In this document: positions 41,833-56,228 of the stretch, piece by piece
Position numbering within the stretch: position 1 is the stretch's first letter
Layout of the letters: each line of letters opens with the position of its first letter
Assembly (NCBI GenBank): GCA_951406725.2
Contig: OX597835.1
Location: forward strand, 19,096,001 to 19,160,000
Direction of reading: 5' to 3'
DNA: 64,000 nt
Source: Octopus vulgaris
Taxonomy: Eukaryota
Translations under genes and position numbers: made by a program
The notes under the pieces: model-generated
Database searches by the model: none
What the model saw: the letters and a program-made list of their open reading frames with translations, nothing else
Told to the model about the DNA's origin: nothing

Positions 41833-41923
41833 CTGCTTGTCGACAACTTTTTTCTGCCCTTAATGATAATGTTGCACAATTTTTATGCTGCTTTAACTAC
41901 GATACTGCGTTCCAAAATATCTC

Positions 41924-42113
41924 AAATCGATATACTGATAGCGCATAATACTGCGTTGCCGTTAGCTTATATCTTCCAGTCAGTACAGTTTACCCTCTGC
42001 CCCGCTCCATTCACCGACGAAATATTCGTGTTACTGATATACGTCACATGGGCAAATATAAGCGAGACGAGAACTGTCTGTGATATGGCTCGCCAACTAG
42101 CACGTCCCACAGC

Positions 42114-42116
<3 letters not shown>
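41924..42116. repeat. Interspersed repeat, probable DNA transposon end; inverted copy at ~46002-46196
   Basis: ~190 bp at roughly 90% identity, ending CTAGCACGTCCCACAGCTAAA. Confidence 0.75.
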
Positions 42117-42192
<76 letters not shown>

Positions 42193-42226
42193 GGTGGTGC
42201 TATATATATATATATAAAGTATCAAA

Positions 42227-42279
<53 letters not shown>

Positions 42280-42280
42280 T

Positions 42281-42331
<51 letters not shown>

Positions 42332-42350
42332 CATATATAATAATATATAT

Positions 42351-42393
<43 letters not shown>

Positions 42394-42715
42394 GTAAACA
42401 TGTATTTTAAAATACGCCAATACATTTATATGCATACGTACAGACACACACACAAACATACACTTGTATCATTCTGGGAATGAACCTAAAGTCAATGATT
42501 CTGAAGTGATGTTCTAACTACCCATCCATGTTTGAATACATTTCTCCCCACTTATTTTGTTATATATTCTAACATTTATATATCTCATAGAAACAAACAT
42601 GATACGTGATATAATTGTACTTTTAAGTTGTTTAACATTATTGCATAACGTAATGTTGAGTCGAAATGTGTTTTGTCCATATATTTCCATCTATTGAAAT
42701 ATCAATTCACTTGTC

Positions 42716-42768
<53 letters not shown>

Positions 42769-42941
42769 ACACATACACTCACACACATAACACATGAATA
42801 TATCTATGCACATATATATAAGTATATATACACATATATATGTGTCTATGTAAGCATATACACATATGTGTGTATATGTATGCATATACATAACTGTATA
42901 TACTCATATATATGTATTTACATACATTCGTACAAATGCAT

Positions 42942-42983
<42 letters not shown>

Positions 42984-43974
42984 TTATTTATGTGTGTGTG
43001 TGTGTGTGTTTGTTTGTGTGTGCGTGTGTGTATGCATACACACAAATAAACAGACACACATAATGCAGAATATAAGTTCTATTTCACATCATCTACCCTA
43101 GACACTTTCTCATCAACTCCGCAGCAAGCTCCACTGTATTTTCGCATTACCTTGGAGATTCACCGTATGACTCTCCGTGGGGCCTACATGCAGATGAATG
43201 CACTTTTATAGTGTCTAATAATCGTAATTTCGACCGGAATGCAAATAGCGAATGAAAATATACGCCTACGCTTCTCATTTCCTGTTGTCACACTGCTGAA
43301 CATTAAAATCTGCACGCCTCTGTATTTTCGTATTTTATATGTGTAGCTATATGATTATCTGAATACATGAATATATCGTTTGTACTAGTATGCCAGCAAC
43401 GTGCTTCTATATATAGTTTTATACCAGCCGATCAAATTCCCTGCAGAATAATTTTGTGTGTTACAAAATTTATTACACATATAGTAAAACATATATGCAC
43501 AAACTCGGATATTAAGTATACGAGATATAAGTACTGATCCATAATGCATAGCCCTGCACAGATGATCATGGTTATTGAAGAATTTCATATGCATCATGGA
43601 GTTACCACTGCAATTCCATACTAGCTTTAACGGGATATGAGATTTTATGGTCGAGATGATACGATATCGATATAATTCATACTAACCTGAACCAATGTAT
43701 TATGCGTTATTAAGGGTACTGGAAGCCAGTTAGCAATTGTAGACAACTGCTTTGAAAACATAGCCTCATCTAGAAATACACCAACAGAGAATAGTGTACC
43801 TGTCGGTTCCTCGATGCATAAGAGCCTTTACACCTGTGCTACTGAGAAAAACGCTAACAGTATCAACTTTTTCGTTACTTTTTCGTTATGCCCAAACTAG
43901 TATATATCGGCTATATTACTATATTGATCGAATCCATTGAACGTTGACTAAAGAAGGAGGAATTTACATAAGCA

Positions 43975-44438
43975 AGGAAGATATGCCATGATATACATCT
44001 GGAGAGATCCTGGAAGGACTTGTCCCAAACTTTGGCATCGAAAGTTACACAAATACTAGAACTGCGTGACACTGCATACTACCAAGGACTCCAAATTTGC
44101 CATCAAGATGTAGGACAAGATACTGTGATAGCCTGGGATTCAGAGGTCCACAGCTCTTCAATATCCTCTCGAAGGACCTGAGAGACCTGCATGGGGTGGA
44201 TGTGGATGTCTTTAAAAGAAAGCTGGACCTCTTCCTGTCAGGTGTCCCTGATGAACCAACTTCACGGCAGGAGGTGCAGATGAGGGCAGCTGCATCAAAC
44301 TCTCTCATGCGCCAAATGTCAATTGCTAAAAAGCATTCGTGAAGTAAAATCATGTAGCAACGCCGAATGGCGGTGCCCCAGCATGGCCACAGCTCGTGAG
44401 CTGAAACTAGATGAAATGAAATGAAAACAAAATGAAAA
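43975..44438 (+). mobile_element. CR1-clade LINE 3' fragment
   Basis: RYAMIYIW/ILEGLVPNFGI...SLGFRGPQLFNILSKDLRDLHGVDVDVFKRKLDLFLSGVPDEP with a frameshift and a stop; (TGAAA)n tail. Confidence 0.85.
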
Positions 44439-44504
44439 TAGGAACTGGTGACCATCTAGAAATAGCAGCCAGTTTTCATGAAATCAGTGATTTACAATTT
44501 GATT

Positions 44505-44713
44505 ACAGATTTTGGCACACTGCCACCAATTTCGGGAGAGTGGTAAAGTCTATTACATCGACTCCAGTACTAAACTGGTACTTGCTTCATCGATTCCGAA
44601 ATGATACAAGGTAAATTTCATCACAGCGGAATTTGAACTCAGAATGTAAAGACGGAAGAAATGCCGCTAAACATTTTACCCGGCGTGCTAACGATTCAGC
44701 CAGCTCGCTGCCT
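44505..44713 (-). mobile_element. SINE family A variant, diverged
   Basis: Reverse-complement family A head GGCAGCGAGCTGGC with a different tail. Confidence 0.7.
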
Positions 44714-44984
44714 TGTTTGAGAGTTACGTATTAAGAAACAGATTGACTGTCTTAGATATTGTATTTCCTGAAATCTTGACACACGGTAGGTCCCTCTCTA
44801 ATTCTGGTAGGCTAAAAAAAAAATGGCAGTATCATGGCCATCCACTGTTGCTCTATTGTTGTGTTCTCAAAGAATAAAATATTACGAGACGGTGTAAACG
44901 CAAAAGAATAACAATAACTGCAAGAATTTGAAAAGAATCTTTGCATAGCAAAAGGCTTCTGTGTGGTAAGTCGAGAGAAAGAAA

Positions 44985-45218
44985 TACCTATTTCTTTATT
45001 AGCCACAAGGGGCTAAACACAAAGGAGACAAGCAAGGACAGACATAGGTATTAAGTCGATTACATCGACCCCAGTGCGTAACTGGTACTTAATTTATCGA
45101 CCCCGAAAGGATGAAATGCAAAGTCGACCTCGGCGGAATTTGAACTCGCAACGTAACGCAGACGAAATACCGCTAAGCATTTCGCCCGGCGTGCTAACGT
45201 TTCTGCCAGCTCGCCGCC
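44985..45218 (-). mobile_element. SINE family A, full length
   Basis: Direct repeat CGAGAGAAAGAAATACC on both sides. Confidence 0.9.
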
Positions 45219-46001
45219 GAGAGAAAGAAATACCATTGAATGATTATCCGATTCAGTCTATGCTCCTAAAAAATCAACTAAAGAATCTCGTCTTGCAATC
45301 AGACGTAAAAAAAAAGTTGTCAAGGTTTGAGTTGTTCTGCGTCGAGCATTGAAGGCTGCTCTTCCTCGGACTATATGTCCTTAGAGGAGGAGATGGTGGT
45401 GTGCCTGGAGAAGATAGACAACACTTTGGAAGAAAGAAGCTATGCTGCGGCGACGGGGGGGTATCGTTTTGTCCTTTACACGTTTCAGTCATTGGACTTC
45501 GACCATGCTGGGAAGCCATCTTGAGGAATATTTACTTGAATTAATAGACACCAATCCTTAGTTTTTGCTAAGTACTGTGATTTCTTAATGCATATACACG
45601 CAGACACGTGTCCATGCACACGGACATACATATATACATAGTTTTACTTAGTATATATTCTATGAGTTACACTTGGCGAACCGCTAAGTTAAGAAACACA
45701 GAGACGTAAACACACACACACACACGAATATATATTCATAAACAACGGATTATATTCGGTTTCCCTCTATCACATAAAGTCACATGTCTGTGGTTGGCTC
45801 GATATTGGATGACACTTGCCAATATTGCCATACTGTAGGACTGAAACTGGAACGATATATTTGGAAAGCAAGCTTCTTCACGCACACACGGCTGCACCTA
45901 TGCATATACATGTACCAATATTTGTCGAACCCTGTCGAGACCAAACTGTGTCCTAAATAACTTTTTCAATGGTATGCTAACGAAAAATGATCACGAATAT
46001 T

Positions 46002-46196
46002 TTTAGCTGTGGGACGTGCTAGTTTGCGAGCCATATCACACACAGTTCTCGTCTCGCATATTTTTGCCCATGTTACGCATATCAGTAACACGAATATTTC
46101 GTCGGTGAATGGAGCGGTGCAGAGGGTAAACTGTACTGATTGGAAGATATAAACTAACGGCAACGCAGTATTATGCGCTATCAGTATATCGATTTG
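46002..46196. repeat. Inverted copy of the repeat at 41924-42116
   Basis: Reverse-complement alignment by eye; both ORF translations share [22 protein letters not shown]. Confidence 0.75.
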
Positions 46197-46380
46197 ACCA
46201 TCTTAGTTTCATTGAAATTTTATATTTAAATTGCGTGTGAACGATTACTGTAGAAGTTAAATAAACAAAATTCTGCATCACATCGGGGAGAATGCGTTTT
46301 CTAATTCTGTTTCAAGTGCTTTTATGGTATTAAAATGCTTTATATCCGCGATGTATACGAGCGTATATAGTATATAATAC

Positions 46381-46411
<31 letters not shown>

Positions 46412-46568
46412 GGGAAATATATAATATATAGTAAAAAGAAACATATATAGATATATAAATATATACATATACACACACATATATATGTGTACATGTATCT
46501 GTGTGTAAGAGTGAGCATTTGAGTGTATGTATGTGTGTGTGTGTAGTTAAATACGTATACATATATAT

Positions 46569-46623
<55 letters not shown>

Positions 46624-46901
46624 TATGTATATATACACGTTTATATCTATATGTACGTATAAATGCATGCAAGTGTGTATGTGTATGACAGTTCTCTTCT
46701 AAATAAATGTTTTGTTTTTATCTAATTTCAAATATTTATTGTAGATGTGAAAATACCGATTCTGTGGCATGAATGACCTGAAAAGTTTCTTCAAATATAT
46801 CTCTCCCTCTCTCTATCTTTCCTTCTCTATTCATCACGCCGCCTTTCTCGTTCTTTCTTTATCACTCATTCTTCCTCTATCGGTTTCTAGGCACACTATC
46901 T

Positions 46902-46948
<47 letters not shown>

Positions 46949-47223
46949 GCATGTATTGAACTAACAAACAACGGACAACAGCAAAAAAATTGCACGCAAA
47001 CAATGCCTACACACAATAGATGTGGAGCTGTTTTAACCTATAGCCTATATATATAAACACATTTCAAAGGAAAATACAAAGATTCGTGGTTCAACTCCCA
47101 TTGGTGGTCCGACCGTGTATTTACTTTAAAGTGAAATAAATGTATATGTTTATCCATTTAGGAATGTTTCCACTGTCACCATGCACACATACATATGTAC
47201 ATACATACATACATACATACGTA

Positions 47224-47272
<49 letters not shown>

Positions 47273-47505
47273 ATACATATGCATATATATATATATATAT
47301 GTATATATACTTACACATATTTATTCATGTAGATTATGTATGCATGTATATATATATATGCATGTATTATTTTTACAAACGACTGCATATAAATCTATAC
47401 ATATATCCTTTCGCAGATATAGACACATATCTCTCTATCTAGCTATCTGTCAGTCTGTCCACCTCTCTTTCTCTCTCTCTCTTTATATGTAAATATGTAT
47501 ATATG

Positions 47506-47538
<33 letters not shown>

Positions 47539-47865
47539 TCGTGTGTGAATATATATTTCCATATATATTTATATATATATATCCAAATATCTACGTCTCT
47601 CTTTCACTCTCTTTACAGACTCTCACATATATACATAAATCCAGAAATACATATACGTGCGTAAATACATGTATCCACAACAACACCTCAAACACATCTA
47701 TACTTGGGCTGTTTCGAACACCTACTCTTTTTTTTTTCATCTTATCTTTATTCAATTATTTCCTTTATTACTACATCGGCCATTCGACTCCTCAGCTTCT
47801 GTATGAAATCTGACTCCACCACTGCTGAAAAACATTACCACCACAACCACCACCACCACCTCATT

Positions 47866-47896
<31 letters not shown>

Positions 47897-48201
47897 CCAT
47901 CATCAACATCACCACATCAACACCACCACCACCACCTCTACCACCACCACTACCACTGCCATCACACCACCAACGCCGCCCCCGCCGACATCAACATCTT
48001 CATCCTCATCGTCGTTGTCATCGTCATCATCAGGCTCATAATGATGATGACAATCCATCCCCTGCCCTTCCTCTTCCTCCTCCTTCTCATCATCATCATC
48101 ATCATCACCATCGTCATCTTCATCGTGATTATTATGCATATCAACATCATCATCGGGATTACGTATTAATCATCAACATCATCATCGTCATCATCATCAT
48201 C

Positions 48202-48233
<32 letters not shown>

Positions 48234-48314
48234 CGTCGCATCATCATCATCATCATCATCATCACTACCATCATCATCATATTCATCATCTTCATCATCA
48301 TCATCATCATCATC

Positions 48315-48348
<34 letters not shown>

Positions 48349-50149
48349 TCATCATGATCGTCATCATCATCATCATCGCGAAGAGCAGGTAATCTTTGTT
48401 TTTTTCCTTTCCTGTGTCCAATACACACATTTAACTCCAATTGATTCCATTCTCATTCCAACAACGGTGTTGTATCCAAGATATTCTTTACGTAATGTTT
48501 ATATAACATATATACACATACACACACACATGCATACACATACATATCTACAACCGTATACATACATACATATGTGTATCCGTGTGCATGTATGCATGTT
48601 TGTGTGTATATGTATAAAGAAATAACATCGTAATTTCGTAAAAACATTTTGAAATATATTATATATATAATCACTTTATATGTATATAAACAAACCTATC
48701 ATTTTCGCTATCTCTCTCTCCACCCACACGCATGTGTGTGCCTGTGTGTGTGTGTGTGTATATATGTATATATGTATATATATACACATATATGTATATA
48801 TATATATATATACATATATATGTATGCATATATACACGCACATATGTGTATATATATACATATATATACACACATATGTGTACATATATATATATACACA
48901 CACACATATATGTATATAATCATTTTTCTCTTTCCCCTCTATATATACACGACTATACATATACTTACAGACCCATACACATAAACTAATGGACAAATAC
49001 ATACATTCACATATACGACGCACATATAATGTGTATGAGTATATGCATATATATATATCTATATGTGCGTGTGTGTGTGTGTGTGGACATGAGCACAAAG
49101 ACACACACACATACAGAAAAAAATACACTTGTGTATAAATTTGTGTATACACATATATATATATACATATCTGTTTGCATGATGTGTTTATGATTGTTGA
49201 CGAGTGTTTGTTTGTTTAGTGAGGTAAAGGGCGGACGGAGGTTGGGAACACAAAGTAAACCCCAGACAAATCAGGAGTTTAACGGAGCTACTATTATGTG
49301 TTTTTAAATATCTCTCCCGTCACTTCACAGAAAGTACTAGAAAGCAAGGGCTGTGGACTCTGTGGACTGCTATACTATAACGATGTGATGAATTAATATT
49401 TACCGAAGCGTATAGCGGAACGGAATAACATCGAAGTTTTGTTACCAGAACAAACTTTCCATTTTCTCTGTATTAGATTTAATGTGGGTTTTTTTTTCAT
49501 GATTATTTTTTCTTTTTGTTGTGTGCTTGGAGGAGGTGGAGGTGTCGTTGACGTATTTTGAGTTGTTTTCCTATTGTTTTATTTTATTTTTTTTCTGTTA
49601 TAGTTTCATTGTTTGTGTGTGTTTATTATGTTATATTAGTTGTTTGTTTGTGTGTGAGTGTGTGTGTGTGCGTGTGTGCTTCTGCGTAACTGAAATATAT
49701 AATTCAGGAGGGTTTTTGAAAAGTATCGTTTTAGTTATTGCATATAATATCGACGGTGATATCATTATTATCGACTTTATAATCTTTACCATCGTCAAGA
49801 TGAAGGGAAATATGTATATCAATACATCTACGACTTACCTGAAATAGTCGTCAATGTTACCTCAAATCATTCGCTCTCCATTTTAAATGATCCTTCCTAG
49901 CATTAGCAAATCACCTGAATTCTTAAAAGAGTGTGATAATCGATTATATCGACCCCAGTGTCTGACTGGTATTTTTCCATCGTCTCTGAAAGGAGGTAAG
50001 TCAAATAAAACCTCGGCGGAATTTGAACTGAGAACGCGAAGACGAACGAAATATTTTGCCCGGCGTGCTTACGATTCTGTCTTCTCACCTTTAAGTAATG
50101 AAGTATCCTTTTGGAGGTAAAACGTATTTTCAATTACGTCTTTGTTATT

Positions 50150-50478
50150 AACGTATGAGAGCTCAAAATCCCATCCAACGAAAATCTCATCCAACCAAAA
50201 TGCAAATATATGGGAAACTACCACCTGTGTCATCTCTTGTGAAAGGTAGGAGAGTCCAGTTTGCTGGACATTACTGTAGAGCTGAAAAAGAAGTAATTTC
50301 TACTCGTCTCCTCTGGAAGCCATCTACTCGCAATACCAGAGGGCGCACACTCTCCTACCTGATGTAATCCCCAGGGATACAGGCATCCAGCAACAGGACC
50401 TCCGTAATGCCATGAAGTCTGGCGTAGCATGGTAAATTCCATTGTCTCGACCACGGTCGAACAATGATGATGATGATG
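50150..50478 (+). mobile_element. RTE-like LINE 3' fragment
   Basis: HPTKMQIYGKLPPVSSLVKGRRVQFAGHYCRAEKEVISTRLLWKP resembles RTE/RTEX ORF C-termini (RRLxxxGH motif); (TGA)n tail. Confidence 0.75.
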
Positions 50479-50821
50479 AAAATTTTGAAATGAACAATTA
50501 GGAAAAAATTTAAGTGAATTGTCTAGGGTCGTCATCTGCTAGGAAATAGTATAAACGAGCAATTGCTTGTATGTTTACTTCATGGGTTTAAACATCAAAT
50601 TGAACTAATGATAGGTAAAAACAGATGTTAGTCAGAGGTTTCTTTCATTGTAGCTGAAGTAAGTCTAAAGAAATCAACAATAACAGCAACTGCAAAACCG
50701 CAATATAAACAGCAACATCAACGCCAACATCATTTACATAAGTGGAGCAGATATTAATCTTTATCGGCTGATGTAATATTCGGAAATAGAAACTAGTTTT
50801 TTTCCCTTAACCTGAATGGAA

Positions 50822-51144
50822 TGGAAGCACTCCGTCGGTTACGCCAACGAGGTTTCCGGTTGATCCGAATCAACGGAACAGCCTGCTCGTGAAATTAACG
50901 TGTAAGTGGCTGAACACTCCACAGACACGTGTACCCTTAACGTAGTTCTCGGGGATATTCAGCGAGTGACACAGAGAGTGACAAGGCCGGCCCTTTGAAA
51001 TACAGGTACAACAGAAACAGGAAGTAAGAGTGAGAGAAAGTTGTGGTGAAAGAGTACAGCAGGGATCACCACCATCCCCTGTTGGAGCCTCGTGTAGCTT
51101 TAGGTGTTTTCGCTCAATAAACACTCACAACGCCCGGTCTGGGA
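50822..51144 (-). mobile_element. SINE family C, 5'-truncated
   Basis: Direct repeat CCTTAACCTGAA on both sides. Confidence 0.9.
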
Positions 51145-51484
51145 CCTTAACCTGAAAGAAACTATAGGAAACGCCACCAAAACATATCAACATTTAGGAG
51201 TAAATTTAAATTTTTCTTTTTTCTAAATCAACGCAGTTAACGGTTTAAATATAAATCCTCTTCCTGAAATCTCCGACTTCGTTCGAAGGAGAAGTTTTGA
51301 ACATACAGTATATGTAGGTACAGACATAATTAATCAAACACAGATTTCTCAAGAGTATAGATGCCGGCATGGCTGTGTTGTTCAAAGGTTGCCCTACGCC
51401 TTAAGCAAAATGTCTACAAGTAAAGCTCTGGGCCGTCTGTATGGTTGTGAGTAGACTTTGTTGAAAGAAATATTTGGAAAACAT

Positions 51485-51877
51485 GCGGCGAGCTGGCAGA
51501 AACTTTAGCACACCGTGCGAAGTGCTTAGCGGTATTTCGTCTGCCGCTAAGTTCTGGGTTCAAATTCCGCCGAGGTCGAGCTTGCCATTCATCCTTTCGG
51601 GGGCGATAAATTAAGTACCAGTCACGCACTGGGGTCGATGTAATCGACTAAATCCCTTTTTCAGTCCTTGTTTGTCCCCTCTGTGTTTAGCCCCTTGTGG
51701 GTAGTAAAGAAATAGGTATTTCATCTGCCGCTACGAGGTCGACTTTGCCAGTCATCATTTCGAGGGCGATAAATTAAGTACCAGTCACGCACTGGGGTCG
51801 ATGTAATCGACTAAATCCCTTTTTCTGTCCTTGTTTGTCCCCTCTGTGTTTAGCCCCTTGAGGTCAATAAAGAAATA
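51485..51877 (+). mobile_element. SINE family A dimer
   Basis: Two units; direct repeat AAATATTTGGAAAACATG; inserted into a decayed family B copy. Confidence 0.9.
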
Positions 51878-51993
51878 AATATTTGGAAAACATGTCGCAT
51901 ATATGTGCGTGTATTTATGTGGATATGTGTATGTATGTGATTGTACGCGTGTAAGCATAGATACGTATTTGTGCATGTATGTATGTAAACGTT

Positions 51994-52050
<57 letters not shown>

Positions 52051-52525
52051 GGAGGTTTCTTCTGTGTTTTTTCTCATATCACTTGAAATAGGTTTGCAGT
52101 GATGAGGTAAATCTATGACATTGAAAATAACAGGCTTCAAGGAAAAACTAAATAAAGGACTGGGATGGTTTTGTCTTATAAAATGTTTCAAAGGGTGGCC
52201 CAGCAAGGCTGCAGACTGATAAATGAAACCGGGTGAACGATGAAAAAAAAATAATAATAGAAGTCTTCTCACGAATAGAAAGGCTGTCCGTGTGTGGTTC
52301 CAGTGAATCTTCTTATAGCGCACAGAAAGAGGTGTTGTCAATGGCAAAGTGAAAGAAATTCCACCGAGAAAGAAAGAGAGAGAGAGAGGGAGAGAGTGAG
52401 AAAGGGAGAGAGAGAGAGAGAGAGAGAGAGAGTGAGAGAGGCAGAAAGAGACAAGAAAAGAAACAAACGAAAAAGAGAAGGAATGTCAAGAACAAGAAGG
52501 GGAAATAGGGAGGGAGAGAAAGCGG

Positions 52526-52561
<36 letters not shown>

Positions 52562-52617
52562 AGAAGAAGAAGATGGTGATGATGATGAAGAAGAAGAAGA
52601 AGAACGAGGAGAAGAAG

Positions 52618-52648
<31 letters not shown>

Positions 52649-53383
52649 TGAAGAAGAAGGAAGAAGGAAGAGGAGAAAAAGAAGAAGAAGAAAGAAAGAA
52701 AAAGAAGAAAAAAGAAAAATAAGAAGATAAAGAAGAAGATGATGCTTTGGTCTGAGGTCTTGAACGATACTTTAATAAATGACCAATCCAAAAAAATTGA
52801 AGGAAATAACGTCTTTCGGGTTTGAATGCAAAGATCCGAGAACCGAAACAGCGTAAATCATTCGACGCTGTACTCTAAGGACATTATTTCCGCTATTTTT
52901 TCCCTATCACTGCATATTACTTTCTATTTAAGTTTATGCTATCTACATTAAATATATTAACACAAATTTAGCCACTCTAATATACGTCATATTCTTAAAG
53001 TGCATGAAATCCTAAAGGACAGGCTATAAAACGCTAAGTGTCCGCACAATCTATAACAAGACAGGCTATGCAATGTCACCATATTCATGAATCTATCATT
53101 GTTTGAGAGAGGAGTTTTGCTTCTGAATGTCTAGATCAATTAATGTAACTAAAATGATAAATAGACTAGAATTATCTTATCAGCACCAACAGAGTCAACG
53201 AAGGCAACATAGAAATAATGGGCGGATGAGAAAATCTGCAAAAAAAAAAAATTACAAGCTAACAAACAACAATCATTGAAAAACAAAGCTAATCCGACTA
53301 CGTCAGCTACAATAACAGCATCGAATTGTTGTATCGAAACAGGCGGAATGCATACCAGAATCGGATCTTGGGCAAGTCATTTC

Positions 53384-54023
53384 GGATCTTTTCTGTTTGA
53401 ACGACAGTTTTTTTCTAGCGGTGTCATATGAAATTGTCACCCATAATTATGACCCTAGAATCGATCTATTGCATTTCAATCTGTTTCAGGGTTAGGGGTG
53501 GGGGAAACAACAGTGGAGGCAAATGTATTTAGAAGAGAATGGTCCGAGATGTGAGATAGGCTCCTCAGAGTAGGGCAGAGTCGCTAGCAAGATAGAAATG
53601 TCATCTTTTCGGTTTGAACGGCAGTTTTTTCTAGCGGTGTCATGAAATTGTCACCCATAATTATGACCCTTGAATCGATCTATTCAATCTCTTTTAGGGT
53701 TAGGGTTAGTTAGGGTTAAGGTTAGGGGTGGGAAAAGGGTATTTTTTTTCTTCACAAATGTAAATAAACCCAATCTGTTTCTTAAAGGAGGGACATATTC
53801 ATACGGCACAGAATGCTTTTTAACTCAATAGACGCCAAAGATTGGTTGAAATTGCAGAAATTGAAGCGAAAAACAACAAATATCTTACAAACTATGGAAT
53901 TTTCTCAATAAAGCCAAGAGTAAAAGATGTTTTATAAACACATTCTACCAGTATACGAAGTTTAAAAGTGTTTAGTTACGTGGAAATTATTTTAAAAAAC
54001 TGCCGGTCAAACCGAAAAGATCC
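53384..54023. mobile_element. TTAGGG-MITE: truncated left end, 95-bp spacer, then a near-complete copy
   Basis: Left TIR at 53384 and again at ~53601; right TIR ends at 54023. Confidence 0.85.
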
Positions 54024-54725
54024 ATCATATGTTCTTACCACACCTTAGCTCACTCTCTCCATCAAATCGACGTTGTCTGAACATGTGATAGTGTACAACG
54101 AGTCAGGCGTCGAAGTGATGACAGAGCCACATGAGATGAATAGTTTTGATCAAGAACGCAGCTAGGAACTGAACTCACAATCTAGCGATCATAATATCCA
54201 AACCATGCCATGCACTTTACAAACACACACTTAAGAATTATCTTTAAATATTTATATGTACAAATATATAAGTGATGTATTTGTGGCACAAGATGGTATT
54301 AACACAAAGTGACAACGAAGCACAGAAAATAACCTATTTTAAATGTTGTCATCGCGGGCTGACTGCTTCATCGCTTAGAAACTTAATTAGCAGCTAATTA
54401 TATCGCACAAAAATTTATATCGATTTCGAATGACATAACTAATTAAGGGGTAATTTACAACTTGAAAACATTTTAATGAACAAGAAAATATAGGTGTAAA
54501 TGAATGATTATGTGTTTACTATTAATATTAGCTAATTCAGTATAAAAATTATATGTACAACTTTAACGTAATTTAATATTATTCCTGTTAAACGTATTAG
54601 AATATTCATAATGTTTCGCAGGAATAGGTAGCAATAACATGCATACAACAAGACAAAATATTCAATTGTAGAATTAAATTTATATACATGCGTATGCTCA
54701 AATAAACACATTCACACAATCACAC

Positions 54726-54768
<43 letters not shown>

Positions 54769-55049
54769 CATGTATACACTCACAGACGCAGGCACACATA
54801 CACATATATACGCCTGTATAATGAAGACGCAAGTCATTCTCGCTATATTAGGAAGTGTCTTGGGTTGTAATAGTGACGTCATAGTAATTGTGATAATGTT
54901 GATAGTAGTAATTGTCTATTATTGAGGCAGATTTCCAGCAAGCTTTAATGTATGGTGCTATCCAAAGCACCGACCTTAGTAATTGACTTACACTTACTTT
55001 ATCAATAGTGAAATGATAAATGACGAAGTTAACCTGAACGGTCGGTCGT

Positions 55050-55288
55050 AAATACCTATTTATTTACTACCCACAAGAGGTTAAACACAGAGAGGAAAAA
55101 ACAAGGACAGACAAACGGATTAAGTCTACTATATCGACCCCAGTGCGTAACTGGTACTTAATTTATCGACCTCGAAAGGATGAAAGGCAAAGTCGACCTC
55201 GGGGGAATTTGAACTCAGAACGTAGCGGCAGACGAAATACCGGTGAGCATTTCGCCCGGCATGCTAACGTTTCTGCCAGCTCGCCGCC
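55050..55288 (-). mobile_element. SINE family A
   Basis: Reverse complement of family A; a partial plus-strand copy follows at 55390-55537. Confidence 0.88.
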
Positions 55289-55767
55289 TTTATTCTAATA
55301 ATAACAGCAAAAATATTCCTTTGTATTATAGGAACAAAGCCTGAAATTGTGCTGGAGGGGCAATAGATTACATCGCCTAGTGTTCACAAAATCCGCCGAG
55401 TTCGACTTTGCCTTTCATCCTTTCGGGGTCGATAAATTAAGTACCAATTAGGCACTGGGGTCGATGTAATCGACTTAATCCGTCTGTCTGTCCTTGTTTG
55501 TCCACTCTGTGTTTAGCCCCTTGTGGGCAGTAAAGAAGTACATTAGATTTTCGACCCTAATGGGATGGAAGGAAAAATCGATCTCTGCCGCTTTCGCTCC
55601 CAGTCGGAAGGAATGCCACAGAAACAAGTTTTTGGATACTCTCTAAGAAATAAGAAATATAAAACCAATTTAGCAAGGCGCTACTGATACACTACGCCTT
55701 TCATTAAAACGATATAAAATTTGCACAATTACACGCAAACAATAAAATATTTTCAACTTATTTGATT

Positions 55768-55961
55768 ACTCTTCTACTTGTTTCACTTATGTGACTGTGG
55801 CCATGCTGGAGCGACGCCTGTAGTAAAAAGAATCGACCGAAGGACTTCGTCTTTGTAAGCCTAGTACTTATTCTATCGGTCTGTTTTGTCGAACTGCTAG
55901 ATTACAGTGACGTAAACACACCAGCATCGTTTGTCAAGCGATGTTGGGGCACAAACACACA

Positions 55962-56059
<98 letters not shown>

Positions 56060-56228
56060 CACATATATACGAGAGATGTTTCCTTGAGTTTCCGTCTACC
56101 AAATCCTCTCACAAGGCTTTGGTCGGCCCGAGGCTATAGTAGAAGACGCTTGTCGAAGGTGCCACGCAGTGGGACTGAACCCAGAACCATATGGTTCGTA
56201 AGCAAGCTAGTTACCACGCAACCACTTC
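55768..56228 (-). mobile_element. SINE family B
   Basis: Reverse complement of family B. Confidence 0.88.

Noticed and set aside
43100-43255. Short open frame FLINSAASSTVFSHYLGDSPYDSPWGLHADEC...
   Set aside because: No start codon, weak acceptor and no recognisable homology.
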